This document shows, piece after piece, positions 39,078-49,001 of a DNA stretch of 64,000 nucleotides; positions within the stretch are counted from its first letter, which is position 1; every line of letters starts with the position of its first letter. Position numbers and translations under genes: made by a program. Source of the stretch: an uncultured Candidatus Saccharibacteria bacterium. Lineage in GTDB: Bacteria; Patescibacteriota; Minisyncoccia; Phycocordibacterales; UBA9973. Location: the NCBI GenBank assembly GCA_964527235.1, contig CAZGNC010000002.1, positions 82,381-146,380 of the forward strand, read 5' to 3'. A model generated the notes under the pieces. The model was not told where the DNA came from. It searched no databases and saw only the letters and a program-made list of their open reading frames with translations.

Positions 39078-40184
39078 ATTAAACCTCAATTTAAAATATT
39101 AACCCCTATTTTGGCCTTTTCCCTATTGTCTGGGGCGTTTTTTGTGCCGACCCAAGCTAGGGCTGGTTTCTTGTCATCTATGTTGGGAGAAGAGGCTTCT
39201 GCCAGTACAAACATCACTAATCCTTCGTTAGAGTCCAATTCTCAGAACATGGTTCTACTTGAGGCTAATGTGTTCTCTGTTTCATCTATAGCGGACAAAA
39301 AGGCTAAGAAAACTGAGGAATCAAGTGAAGTGACTGGCAACATCGAGGTGGCTATTATGTCTAACAATGCTCTCCTTCCCACCGTAGGCCCCCTCGGTGT
39401 GGTAGACGAGGCTGGAATTGGAGGGGACGTGTCTTCTGATCAGATAAGTGTGTATGTGGTTAGAAAAGGCGACTCCCTCTCTCAGATAGCAGAAATGTAC
39501 GGTGTTACGATAGACACAATCCTTTCAGCTAACGATATGCAAAAGGGAGATACTATAAAAGAAGGCGATGTTCTGCTTATTCTTCCTTTCTCAGGCATAG
39601 AACATGTGGTTGCAAAGGGCGATACTATTAAAGGCTTAGCAATTAAGTATAAAATTGAGGTTAATGATATTCTTGCTGCTAATGAGCTAGATGTTGATGA
39701 TAAGCTCGTTGTTGGCGATAAGCTTGTTATTCCTGGTGGTAGTTTGTCGGGTGGTGGCGTTGTCGGTGGCGGTATAGCAAAAGGAGGACCATCTTCTGGA
39801 GGCACACTTAAGAATGCTAATGGTTATTTCATTAATCCAGTTCCCAGCGCTCGAAAGTCTAGAGGAACAAATGCAACACATAAAGGTGTAGACCTGGCAG
39901 CTCCAGTAGGTACCCCTATATATGCTGCAGCTTCTGGAAGAGTAAAATTTGCGAGAAATGGATATAATGGTGGCTTCGGGAATCTTGTGATTATTTCTCA
40001 TCCCAATGGCACAGAGACTTTGTATGCTCATCAATCAAGTATCAAAACTAGCGTAGGTTCTCAAGTGAAACAAGGAGATGTTATAGGATATGTTGGCAAC
40101 ACTGGACGCTCAAGAGGTGCACACTTACACTTTGAGGTTCACGGAGCTAAGAATCCAGGCAATGACTGGTCTTGGAAGCGTTAA
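39078..40184 (+). CDS. LysM-LysM-M23 peptidoglycan endopeptidase
   Basis: YVVRKGDSLSQIA and HVVAKGDTIKGLA LysM domains; HKGVD, TLYAH and HLHFEV M23 motifs. Start is ATT 39078 or TTG 39111. Confidence 0.9.
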   Translation: MKPQFKILTPILAFSLLSGAFFVPTQARAGFLSSMLGEEASASTNITNPSLESNSQNMVLLEANVFSVSSIADKKAKKTEESSEVTGNIEVAIMSNNALLPTVGPLGVVDEAGIGGDVSSDQISVYVVRKGDSLSQIAEMYGVTIDTILSANDMQKGDTIKEGDVLLILPFSGIEHVVAKGDTIKGLAIKYKIEVNDILAANELDVDDKLVVGDKLVIPGGSLSGGGVVGGGIAKGGPSSGGTLKNANGYFINPVPSARKSRGTNATHKGVDLAAPVGTPIYAAASGRVKFARNGYNGGFGNLVIISHPNGTETLYAHQSSIKTSVGSQVKQGDVIGYVGNTGRSRGAHLHFEVHGAKNPGNDWSWKR

Positions 40185-40186
40185 GC

Positions 40187-40939
40187 CTATTCTAAAAACG
40201 TAAGAGAAAACATAAGACTAACTCCAACAAGAATCATCACTATTTGAATGATGGAGTTTTTTGTTTTCTTAGATTTTTGTAGTTCTGGTATTAGGTCTGT
40301 AAGAGCTATATAAATAAATCCACCTGCCGCTAGAGGCAATAGCCAGACGTCCACAATCTGTGCGATATCTTTAAAAAGAAATGCCACCATTACGCCCACA
40401 ATCGCAACTAAAGAAGAAAGAAAATTTAACCACAACGCGCGCCCCTTGCTGTAGCCTGAGTGTATTAACACGCCAAAGTCCCCTATCTCCTGAGGTATTT
40501 CATGTAAGACTACTGCTAGAGTTGTTGCTAGTCCAACAGGGATACTGATTAAAAAGCTTGCACCAATAATTATTCCGTCAATAAAGTTGTGAACACTATC
40601 GGAGACAAGCACCAACTGCCCAGCAGGGTGAATGTGTTTTTTCTCTTTATCCTCTGCTTCTCCATGGTGATGCCAGTGTAGGAATTTTTCCAAAATAAAA
40701 AACAAGAAAATACCTAAAATTATCAGCATGCTAGTCATGGGACCTGGCGCATTTTCCATTGCCTCTGGAATTAGGTGGATAAAAGCATCACCTAAAAGTG
40801 CACCAACAGCTAGACTAATAAACCAAAATACATATTTTCTAATAATTTCCTCCTTTAAGGAAAGCGAAAAAACTCCAACAAGGGATATTAGGCTTATCGC
40901 TACAACACTACCAAATGCATATATGTAAGTTGTTAACAT
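40187..40939 (-). CDS. ZIP family metal (Zn) transporter
   Basis: ALLGDAFIHLIPEA, HWHHH, DSVHNFIDG, HEIPQEIGDFG. Confidence 0.92.
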   Translation of the reverse strand: MLTTYIYAFGSVVAISLISLVGVFSLSLKEEIIRKYVFWFISLAVGALLGDAFIHLIPEAMENAPGPMTSMLIILGIFLFFILEKFLHWHHHGEAEDKEKKHIHPAGQLVLVSDSVHNFIDGIIIGASFLISIPVGLATTLAVVLHEIPQEIGDFGVLIHSGYSKGRALWLNFLSSLVAIVGVMVAFLFKDIAQIVDVWLLPLAAGGFIYIALTDLIPELQKSKKTKNSIIQIVMILVGVSLMFSLTFLE

Positions 40940-40954
40940 TTTTTCAGTAAATTA

Positions 40955-43078
40955 TTAATTTGGACAATTAGTAGAAGACGCATGCGCGTTTGTGACCTTA
41001 GACACTCCTGTCGAATCTACGCACCAGTGGCTTTGCTCTGGGTCGTCGGTGATTAGCTTCGCTGATAATGCCCAGGCAGTACTAGAACTCCAGCAGGATA
41101 TCGTGTCTTTGATCTCGTTAGACTCATGTGTTTTTTTGACAGAGTCAATTGCCGATTTGATATTTTTGTCTGTGAATAAAGTATTCGCAGTATCGCATTT
41201 TCCTTTTGCAGAGGCTTTGCCATAAGAATTATTACTATCATAATATAGCTCACCATTAGCACGAATATTGGCGAGATTTGCTTTTATTGATGCGTTTGCA
41301 CCTGTATTCATGGCTTCTCCCAGTGGAGAGTTTTTGATAATATCTTTTAGATTTTTGGCGTTTGAGGGGGTATCAATTATAACTTCTTGGTTTATATCTA
41401 AAATAGAAAAAGTAAAAACTATATTGGCTTGCTTGTCAGATAGCTGGGTAACCTTTTCTGAAGGAACGACGCGCATTCTGTATTCAATTTGTGCCGGGAA
41501 TCCTGCTTTATCGGTCCACACTGTCAAGAATGTATTTTTATTGTAGTAATCAAAGATCTCTTCAAATTCGTTGCTTTCAAAATATTCAAGTAGGCCTGGG
41601 TCATTTATAATAAATTGATAATTTTTATATTCCCCGTTTGAAGCTTCTGCTAATAATTTCTTGTAAAATGGTACAACAGCCTCCTTGCGTATTTTAATAT
41701 CGTATCTGTATAATGTTCGGTCTGCGATTTTTTCACTTGATGGTTTTTTACCAAATTCGATTAATTTTTCTTCGTCAGCAAATTGCACCACTTTTTTTAT
41801 TATTTTAGAAAACTCTTCTTTGTTTTCTTTGTATGTTTGTTCCATTTCCGGCAATGACTTAGCTATCAAAGAAAGTTCATCGTATCTATTACTAGATTCT
41901 GATGCAGTAGTTAGTTTTACCCATTCTCCTTTCACAGACGATAAGGCTCCTAGGAATAAGCTAGGGATGTTGTTGATTTTTATAAAGTAATCGCTGTCTT
42001 TCTTTAGGGCATCGATGTTTACTTTGTATGTTAAATCTCCGAAATTTCCATTAGCATCAATGTTAAATTTCCAGTTAGATTTCTCTAGATCCGCAGCCGC
42101 TGACAAAGACATGTCTGCTGAAAGTTCTGCCGGAAGGTATGTAGTGTATTCTTCCATTTGTAATAGAAATGGTTTTGGGGGTTCGGGTTGTAGGTATAAA
42201 TAAGATTCACTTTCTTTGGTGAAAGTTACTTCCTGGCCAGAGATTGGTGTTCCTTCGTTGGTATAACCATAAGATTTTTTGATATTGGAGATTGCTTCTT
42301 TGGTTTCAAAAGAAACTTTAAGAGAAAAATTCTTCCCCCCGTCTGTAAGGGTGTATTGGTAAGGGTTGCCTGTTGCAGGGTCTTTTAAGGATGGTACAGT
42401 ACCATAAAAGTAGGTATTTTTACTCTTCAGATCTTGAAAAAATTTTTCCAAAGAGGAAGGTAGGGGTTCTTGGTATTTTAGTTGAGACAGTATAGAATTT
42501 ACGTCTTGTGCTCTCTTGTAGTCATTCGCGTATAATTTTTTCAATGCTTCATTATTAGAAATCTTTATTTCAAAGGGCTCAGCTCCTTCTTCTCGTGGAG
42601 TAATTGCGAGCGAGGCGGTGGCTTTATAAGAAGAAGATTGGATTTGTGTTGTTTTTTCTAGAATGCTACTTAAAAAGTTGGCTTCTGTGTATTGTTTTAT
42701 TCCAAAAGGCCCTATTTTTTCAAAATAAGCAAATGCGGTAGCACTTATTAAAATTGCCAACACAGCAAAACAAATAACATAAACAGATAGGTGTTTTTTG
42801 TTGTTTATTATTTGTGGTTGTTCGATTGGACTGCTGAACCCCTGAGGGTTGTTGACTGGGGTGTTTGTCGCAGTAAAAGTTGCTGGGTTTGCTGTTATTG
42901 GTGGTTGTAATGGGGGGTTGGGTTGTGTTTGTGGGTTTAATTTTACGAATTCAAAGGCAGCCATTACATCTGCCTCGACCCACCCACCGCCAGTTATTAG
43001 ATTTGTTTTTATTATTTCTTGCGAAACCCCCTGCGCTAACTGACTATAAACATAGTCGAGTAATTGTTTATTAGGCAT
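40955..43078 (-). CDS. Membrane-anchored multidomain protein with type IV pilin-like globular domains
   Basis: N-terminal LLDYV..QL..G.S.E.IK..L..GGW domain, Pro linker and TM. Internal ND.KR..D...I...L...DP.TG.PY.Y segment. C-terminal ASIKANLANIR..GELYYD...WCVDSTG. Confidence 0.6.
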   Translation of the reverse strand: MPNKQLLDYVYSQLAQGVSQEIIKTNLITGGGWVEADVMAAFEFVKLNPQTQPNPPLQPPITANPATFTATNTPVNNPQGFSSPIEQPQIINNKKHLSVYVICFAVLAILISATAFAYFEKIGPFGIKQYTEANFLSSILEKTTQIQSSSYKATASLAITPREEGAEPFEIKISNNEALKKLYANDYKRAQDVNSILSQLKYQEPLPSSLEKFFQDLKSKNTYFYGTVPSLKDPATGNPYQYTLTDGGKNFSLKVSFETKEAISNIKKSYGYTNEGTPISGQEVTFTKESESYLYLQPEPPKPFLLQMEEYTTYLPAELSADMSLSAAADLEKSNWKFNIDANGNFGDLTYKVNIDALKKDSDYFIKINNIPSLFLGALSSVKGEWVKLTTASESSNRYDELSLIAKSLPEMEQTYKENKEEFSKIIKKVVQFADEEKLIEFGKKPSSEKIADRTLYRYDIKIRKEAVVPFYKKLLAEASNGEYKNYQFIINDPGLLEYFESNEFEEIFDYYNKNTFLTVWTDKAGFPAQIEYRMRVVPSEKVTQLSDKQANIVFTFSILDINQEVIIDTPSNAKNLKDIIKNSPLGEAMNTGANASIKANLANIRANGELYYDSNNSYGKASAKGKCDTANTLFTDKNIKSAIDSVKKTHESNEIKDTISCWSSSTAWALSAKLITDDPEQSHWCVDSTGVSKVTNAHASSTNCPN

Positions 43079-43162
43079 TGTATATAGACTACTAAATAAT
43101 AATACTTACTTTATATTATCATGATTATTAGTGTCTCGGAGGGGATAACTATATTTTTTTTG

Positions 43163-43233
43163 TGCGGGATGGGAGAATCGAACTCCCAACCTCAGTTTGG
43201 AAAACTGACGTTTTACCATTAAACTAATCCCGC
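43163..43233 (-). tRNA. tRNA-Gly(TCC)
   Basis: GCGGGAT acceptor stem, TCAGT-TTTCCAA-ACTGA anticodon arm, GTTCGATT T-loop; no encoded CCA. Confidence 0.95.
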
Positions 43234-43292
43234 AGACCTGGTAGATTTATACCAGAAAAAGAGTTTAAAAACAAATTTCCTACGTAATGTCT

Positions 43293-45056
43293 CTAATCTC
43301 TCGGATGGGTGTGTTTTTGTTTTCGTGTCGGAATATACAGCATATCGATATATTCTTTTAGCATTCTGGAGGTTGAGAAATTGTTTAATATGAGATTTCT
43401 GGCGTTTTGCATTTTTTTATACCACACAGAGTTTTCTTTTTGAGTTATAAATTGTTGGTATTCAGGTATTATTTCTTTCTCAAGCAGATAGCGCAATTCT
43501 TCGCCGTTCTCAGAGCTGTTGACTACCCAGCCTATTCCCCCCGCTTCTACTTCACTGATCCAGCCGTCGTTGGTCGATAATGTAAGTGCACCGTTTAGGG
43601 CAGCTTTCATGCCACTAGTGCCACAAGCCTCTCTACCTATAACTGGAGTGTTGAGCCACATATCAGCCCCCATGGTTAAGATAGAAGCAACCTCTGTGCT
43701 GTAATTAGGAATGAATACTGCAATCCCCTTTAATTTTTCTTCGATGGCTTTTTTAATCACAGAAACCAAAGGGCTCTCATTTTCTCCAGTAGGTCCCGAA
43801 TAAATAATTCTTATTGGGACGGGAGAATTATTTGTAATTTCTAAGATTTTATCAATGTTATCTATGAAAAGCATGGGTTGCTTATAGTCAACCATACGTC
43901 TTGCCCATACTAGAATTAGGTCATTTTCTCCCCAGGTTTGACCAGTTTGTTTGGTCACAAAATTTAACAGAAGTTTTTTATTCTCAGTGTGTTGTTCTAA
44001 AAGGTTTAAATCTGAGTTGTCTTTAATCTTGTCCCATCTCTTAATAAATATGCCGTTGGTAACATTCTGCATTTTTTCATCGGGCCAGACCTTTTTTGCT
44101 TTTTCTAAGTGAAGTTTACTAACAGTGTTTGATTTGTTTGAGAGTCTAAATGACAGAGTTGTCATCGACAAAAGATTTGAATCATAGTTGATAGCTCCAA
44201 GATCTGCGATGTCTTTACCTTCTAATCCCATTTCTTCAGCATATTGGGCCATGTATTGGGCTACTTTTTCTGACAAGAATTGTTCTTGTCCCGCAGCAAC
44301 AAGGGTGTGGTTAGTGAAAACTATATGCTTTCGTGCGTAAGTGCACGCATCTTCAAAGCTTGCACGCTGGTGTTCCATTTCATGCCTTACTAGCTCTAGT
44401 GCTAGAAATGCCGAGTGCCCTTCATTTAGATGGTACACTGATGCATGTATGCCGAGCTTGGCTAGTAATCTAAATCCACAAATTCCTAGAATTATCTCTT
44501 GTTTTAGTCTGGTGTCACGATTCTCCGCATATAGATATTTTGTTATTTCTATATCCTCTGCTGAGTTCTCTGGTGTATCAGTATCTAGTAGGTAAACTTT
44601 CGCATTTCCTTCTTGCCAAAGCCAAGCCCTCACAGATATCATTCTATTTTCCATAGGCAATGAAACGATTATTTCTTTACCATTAGTGTCTACAACTTTC
44701 TGTAGGTTGTGACGGTGCTCATCAGTAGATAGATTACTCTGAGCTTTTTGGTAGAGTAGGCCAACAGCCACAAGTGGGAAATCTTGCATTGCAGTTTCAC
44801 GAATGTAGTCCCCTGCTAAAATACCAAGCCCGCCGGCGTATGTAGGAAGCGCTGAGTCTAGAGCGTATTCAGCAGAGAAATACGCTACGGGGTTCTTGGA
44901 GAATGCTTTGTATTCTTCGCCATTTTTAAATTCAGAAAACCATCTTTCAGTTTCTAGTGACAGCTTGTCGACACTTTTATCCCCCTCTCTGTTCTGGTTG
45001 CCCGCCACGAATTTCGTAATACTTTGCTTTATATTTTTCAATAGTTGATTCAACAT
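43293..45056 (-). CDS. glgP: Alpha-glucan (glycogen/starch) phosphorylase, short form
   Basis: AYFSAEY, YAGGLGILAGD, RLKQEIILG, HLNEGH, EACGTSGMK (PLP lysine). The start is uncertain because of an 80-nt overlap. Confidence 0.9.
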   Translation of the reverse strand: MLNQLLKNIKQSITKFVAGNQNREGDKSVDKLSLETERWFSEFKNGEEYKAFSKNPVAYFSAEYALDSALPTYAGGLGILAGDYIRETAMQDFPLVAVGLLYQKAQSNLSTDEHRHNLQKVVDTNGKEIIVSLPMENRMISVRAWLWQEGNAKVYLLDTDTPENSAEDIEITKYLYAENRDTRLKQEIILGICGFRLLAKLGIHASVYHLNEGHSAFLALELVRHEMEHQRASFEDACTYARKHIVFTNHTLVAAGQEQFLSEKVAQYMAQYAEEMGLEGKDIADLGAINYDSNLLSMTTLSFRLSNKSNTVSKLHLEKAKKVWPDEKMQNVTNGIFIKRWDKIKDNSDLNLLEQHTENKKLLLNFVTKQTGQTWGENDLILVWARRMVDYKQPMLFIDNIDKILEITNNSPVPIRIIYSGPTGENESPLVSVIKKAIEEKLKGIAVFIPNYSTEVASILTMGADMWLNTPVIGREACGTSGMKAALNGALTLSTNDGWISEVEAGGIGWVVNSSENGEELRYLLEKEIIPEYQQFITQKENSVWYKKMQNARNLILNNFSTSRMLKEYIDMLYIPTRKQKHTHPRD

Positions 45057-46467
45057 CTTTGTGTGGTATTTCTACTCTTAATAAGTCTATCGCATTAATC
45101 GTATCATAAATATCTAATTTGTTTTCTAGTTTAAACATAGCATCACGCCAAAGGATTGCTTTCTCGTATTCGTGTCTTTCCACTGCTTGTTGTTCTAAGC
45201 CCTTCATCATGTCGATAAAAGCATAATAAACTCCCTCCTCGGCTCCACCCTTGCCGACTGTTCTGTCCTTAAATGGTATCCTGAGTATGTCTTTTTGTGA
45301 TTGCATCATCATGCGAATCTTCCCTGTTCTTTGCCAATTAAATGCAGTAGAAATAATCTTTTCATAAAAATCTCTCCCCTCTTCTATTGTTTCTTTTTGA
45401 ACATTAGGTACATGCCTTAGGGTGTCTAGCAAGTTGTATGCGCCGTACTCAATCATTTCCAAGCTCCACCATGGTTTTGCTGAGGCCCACCAGAAATGAT
45501 CTGAAGCCAAAGACATGTCCATTTTTTCGCGCACTAGTTCGTATCGTGGGTGCGATTTGTCCATTTTGTAAACTTCTTGTAACACGAGTTCTGTGAGTTC
45601 CCACTGCCATTTATGGATTATATTTTCTGGGTCATTCCAAGATAGAAACTGAATTCCATGCTCTATATCTTCCTTGCTTGACGCCCATGTTGCCTTGGCT
45701 GGAGCTATTTCTTTTTCTTCTTTGTAAAATTCTTTTACCTCAGAAATTTTAATTAATTCAAATTCTTTTGTTTGAAAAACTTCAAAAAGCATTTTCTCAA
45801 GTCCTGGTCTGTGGTGACCGAAAGTTTCAGCGTCCATCGCTGTGACTATGTAGTTACCAGTTGCGAGATCGTCCTTCATTGCGTCGTGGAGAGTGTCGCT
45901 TGATCTCACGACAGCACTCATTATTAAATTACTTAGTCTTCTACTGCGAAAGAATACCTGCATATCTGTGTCTTGTAATTTATATATTTGACTATAGTCT
46001 ACTTGCCCCACTTGGCCTCCACAGGATATCTCATCTAATATTATCCATTTAAAACCAAGCTCGTTTAGGATTCTGCCAATTCTCTCATCGTAAGCCATTT
46101 CTGGTGCGAAAAATCCATTAGGTGAATACTCTCCCAGAAAACGTTTTAAGGTTTCTGTGTTGAGTGTTATTTGTCTTTTAATTTCGTCGTCAGAAAGTAA
46201 TGGTAACAGCGCATGATATTTTGCTGAGCCTGTAATTTCTATCCTGCCTTCGTCTACTAAGGTTTTGATATCTGCGATTATGTCGTTGTGTTCGTATTTA
46301 TGAAGAAGCTCGAACAGGGCGCCGTTTATATTTACGGATAGTTTAACTTCCTTATTTTTTTTGATGCCATCGATTATTGGTCGATAGCTTTGGGCTACGA
46401 TAGCCTCAAGTATATCCGGTTGTTGATTAACAGGTTGATAAAAATGTAAGAAGTTTGCCCATTTCAT
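44977..46467 (-). CDS. Glycoside hydrolase family 57 with C-terminal UVR-like helix pair
   Basis: HFYQP, HALLPL, FAPEMAY (nucleophile Glu), AMDAETFGHH (acid/base Asp), ASDHFWW; C-terminal AVERHEYEKAILWRD. Confidence 0.88.
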   Translation of the reverse strand: MKWANFLHFYQPVNQQPDILEAIVAQSYRPIIDGIKKNKEVKLSVNINGALFELLHKYEHNDIIADIKTLVDEGRIEITGSAKYHALLPLLSDDEIKRQITLNTETLKRFLGEYSPNGFFAPEMAYDERIGRILNELGFKWIILDEISCGGQVGQVDYSQIYKLQDTDMQVFFRSRRLSNLIMSAVVRSSDTLHDAMKDDLATGNYIVTAMDAETFGHHRPGLEKMLFEVFQTKEFELIKISEVKEFYKEEKEIAPAKATWASSKEDIEHGIQFLSWNDPENIIHKWQWELTELVLQEVYKMDKSHPRYELVREKMDMSLASDHFWWASAKPWWSLEMIEYGAYNLLDTLRHVPNVQKETIEEGRDFYEKIISTAFNWQRTGKIRMMMQSQKDILRIPFKDRTVGKGGAEEGVYYAFIDMMKGLEQQAVERHEYEKAILWRDAMFKLENKLDIYDTINAIDLLRVEIPHKDVESTIEKYKAKYYEIRGGQPEQRGG

Positions 46468-46476
46468 ATTTATTTT

Positions 46477-47970
46477 TTAGGAATTGAATTGATTAATTGC
46501 TTTTCGGAATAATTTTTCGTATTCTTCAGCTGATTTTTCCCATGAAAAATTCTCCTTCATGGCACGTCGCTGTATTTCATGCCAGATTTTTGGATATTTA
46601 TGTACTTCATAGGCACGTACTAGTGCTGTAAGGAATGCATATTTATCATAGTCTTCGAACACAAATCCAGTTCCAGGTTCTTTGTCAGAGGTGTGGTCTG
46701 TCACACTGTCAGCAAGCCCCCCAATTTTTCTTACTACTGGTATTGATCCATAGCGCATGGCTTCCATTTGAGTTAGTCCACAAGGTTCAAAACGAGACGG
46801 TATGAGCATCACATCTGCTCCAGCATATATTGTGTGTGGCAAAAGATTGTCGAAAGACAGATGAGTTGCAACGGTGTCGTACTTTTTATCTAGCTCGCTA
46901 AAGAACGATACAAAACGTGGCTCCCCTGTGCCGAGGACCACCAATTGCATGTTCAAGTTTTTCAAGAGTGGTTCTATTGAGTCAGCAACCAAGTCCAATC
47001 CTTTTTGCTCTGACATTCTAGAAACAATTCCTACAACGAAAGCGTCTTTGTCTTCAGGTAGGTTGAATTTCTGTTGCAAAACTTTTTTATTTTTTGCACG
47101 TTCACCCAATCGTCTTGCGTCATATTTAAATTCTACGTAAGGATTATTGGATGGATTGTAGTTTTCGTAATTTATACCGTTTAAAATCCCGAATAATCTT
47201 GAACGCCTTTCTTGTAGTAGCGGGTCGAGGAGTTCGCCATACTCTGGAGTGGTGATTTCTCGAGCATAGGATGGCGATACAGTACTTATGACATCGGCGT
47301 AGCGTATACCTCGGCGCATGAAATTAAGCTTTGCCATTTTAGGGTCAGCTATTGGTGGAATTGGCGACTGCCCATCATCGTAGTCTAGCTCGCTTACGTA
47401 TTTGTGGTCGAAGTTACTCTGATAGTGAATATTGTGAATAATCAATACGCAGGAAATTTTAGAAATTATAGAATCTTTTAAGTATTCGGTTTTTATATAA
47501 TTTGGGATAAGTCCTCCCTGCCAATCATTCGCAACTATAATATCTGGGTGCCAGTCATTTTGTGGATGACGGAGGAATTCTAGTGCACCTCTTGAAAGTA
47601 ATGCCCAACGAGATGGGTCGTCATCATAGCCATAGACACTACCCCTTTTCTCATAGTATTCTTGATTTTCCAAGAAGTAACTAGTAGATACTGCGCCATT
47701 GCTGTATTTTTTAACATTGCAAATTGAGCCAATGCTTGATCCAAAGTTTGGTATTTGAATCCCCTCTACAACATATTCCATTGGGAATTCTGTTTCATCA
47801 ATCGAAGAATATTTAGGAGTCATGGTCCTAACGTCGTGCCCCATTTCAGTCAATGCCTTTGGTAGCGCATAAAGTACTTCTCCTAATCCCCCTACCTTAA
47901 CAAATGGTGCAACTTCTGAACCTACAAATAAAATTTTTAAAGCGCTTTGTTTTGTAGAAAATATTTTCAT
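46477..47970 (-). CDS. glgA: Glycogen/starch synthase (GT5)
   Basis: EVAPFVKVGGLGEV, NDWQ, TVSPSYAREI, GILNGI, PSRFEPCGLTQ. Confidence 0.95.
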   Translation of the reverse strand: MKIFSTKQSALKILFVGSEVAPFVKVGGLGEVLYALPKALTEMGHDVRTMTPKYSSIDETEFPMEYVVEGIQIPNFGSSIGSICNVKKYSNGAVSTSYFLENQEYYEKRGSVYGYDDDPSRWALLSRGALEFLRHPQNDWHPDIIVANDWQGGLIPNYIKTEYLKDSIISKISCVLIIHNIHYQSNFDHKYVSELDYDDGQSPIPPIADPKMAKLNFMRRGIRYADVISTVSPSYAREITTPEYGELLDPLLQERRSRLFGILNGINYENYNPSNNPYVEFKYDARRLGERAKNKKVLQQKFNLPEDKDAFVVGIVSRMSEQKGLDLVADSIEPLLKNLNMQLVVLGTGEPRFVSFFSELDKKYDTVATHLSFDNLLPHTIYAGADVMLIPSRFEPCGLTQMEAMRYGSIPVVRKIGGLADSVTDHTSDKEPGTGFVFEDYDKYAFLTALVRAYEVHKYPKIWHEIQRRAMKENFSWEKSAEEYEKLFRKAINQFNS

Positions 47971-47974
47971 AAAT

Positions 47975-48550
47975 TTAGATATACTCTATAATTATTTCCG
48001 GTACATTTTTATATTTAGGATTTTTAACAAAAGTTGGTTTACCGTTTTCTTCAACAACATAGTAAGCGAAGCCCTGCATTTTTTTCACTGGGGCGTAGTC
48101 TGCGTGTGTTGGCCAAGATATTTCCTTGGCGTTCGGTGGTGCTATTGGGCTGTTGTCTTCGGTTGCAAGCCATGTCTTCCCAATGTTTACTCCTAAGTGG
48201 CCGGCTGTGGTTGGTATTGGCACAACACTGCCTGCTTTTACAAAAATAGCTTTAACGTAAGTAACTTCATCATCTAAGGGTTTCCCTTTTTCGTCGAGTT
48301 TTCTTTCTTGCAATAAAATTATACCCTCCCCTGACAGTATTTTATAAGTTTCTAGGAAATCACTAATGTGGTAGTGACCATAAGTTTTGATGTATTCTCC
48401 TCCTACGGTGCCACTTTCCCAGACAGTGATGTTTGTTTTCTCGCTTCCACCACGAATCATAAAATAGTGGACATTAGGACCCTGAGATTGTGGGTCCATT
48501 AGTACATCGAGCATTTCTTTGTGAGAACGAGTGGCTAAAATATTGTCCAT
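47975..48550 (-). CDS. Cupin-type glucose-6-phosphate isomerase
   Basis: GEYIKTYGHYH...ETY..LSGEG...GH...N metal-binding cupin motifs; KKMQGFAYY. Confidence 0.75.
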   Translation of the reverse strand: MDNILATRSHKEMLDVLMDPQSQGPNVHYFMIRGGSEKTNITVWESGTVGGEYIKTYGHYHISDFLETYKILSGEGIILLQERKLDEKGKPLDDEVTYVKAIFVKAGSVVPIPTTAGHLGVNIGKTWLATEDNSPIAPPNAKEISWPTHADYAPVKKMQGFAYYVVEENGKPTFVKNPKYKNVPEIIIEYI

Positions 48551-48602
48551 AGTTTTAAAGGCTATACATAAATATAACATTTAAAAACAATGCAAACAAT
48601 TT

Positions 48603-49001
48603 TTAACAGCTTTTTTTAATTCTTTCGCGTAGGCTAGTACTACTAAAGTTATGCTCTCTGCTATTGAAGATAATAGGAATGGTTAGGTCGTCTCCAGTAA
48701 AAGGCTTCCCTTTATGGTCCGCACCAACAAACCTAACGTCCGGCTTTAGTTTTTTAAGAAGTTTATATAAATCTGATTCAGTTTCATATATCACTATTTC
48801 GTCTACATATTTCGATCCTTCAAGGCGGATCCTCCTCTCTTCTAGAGATTCTATAGGTTTGTTTTTGTGAGGTCTATCTATGGTTGGGTCGGTTTGTAAG
48901 CCAACGACAAGATAATCGCATTGTTCTTTGCACTCTTTTAGCATAAGAACATGACCTGCATGCAGTAAGTCCATTGTTCCGCATGTAAATCCCCTTTTCA
49001 T
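48603..49001 (-). CDS. TagD-like cytidylyltransferase
   Basis: MKRGFTCGTMDLLHAGH (HxGH), DYLVVGLQ.DP, KYVDE, FSSTSLR. The ORF-track extension upstream of 49001 is tRNA sequence. Confidence 0.88.
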   Translation of the reverse strand: MKRGFTCGTMDLLHAGHVLMLKECKEQCDYLVVGLQTDPTIDRPHKNKPIESLEERRIRLEGSKYVDEIVIYETESDLYKLLKKLKPDVRFVGADHKGKPFTGDDLTIPIIFNSREHNFSSTSLRERIKKSC

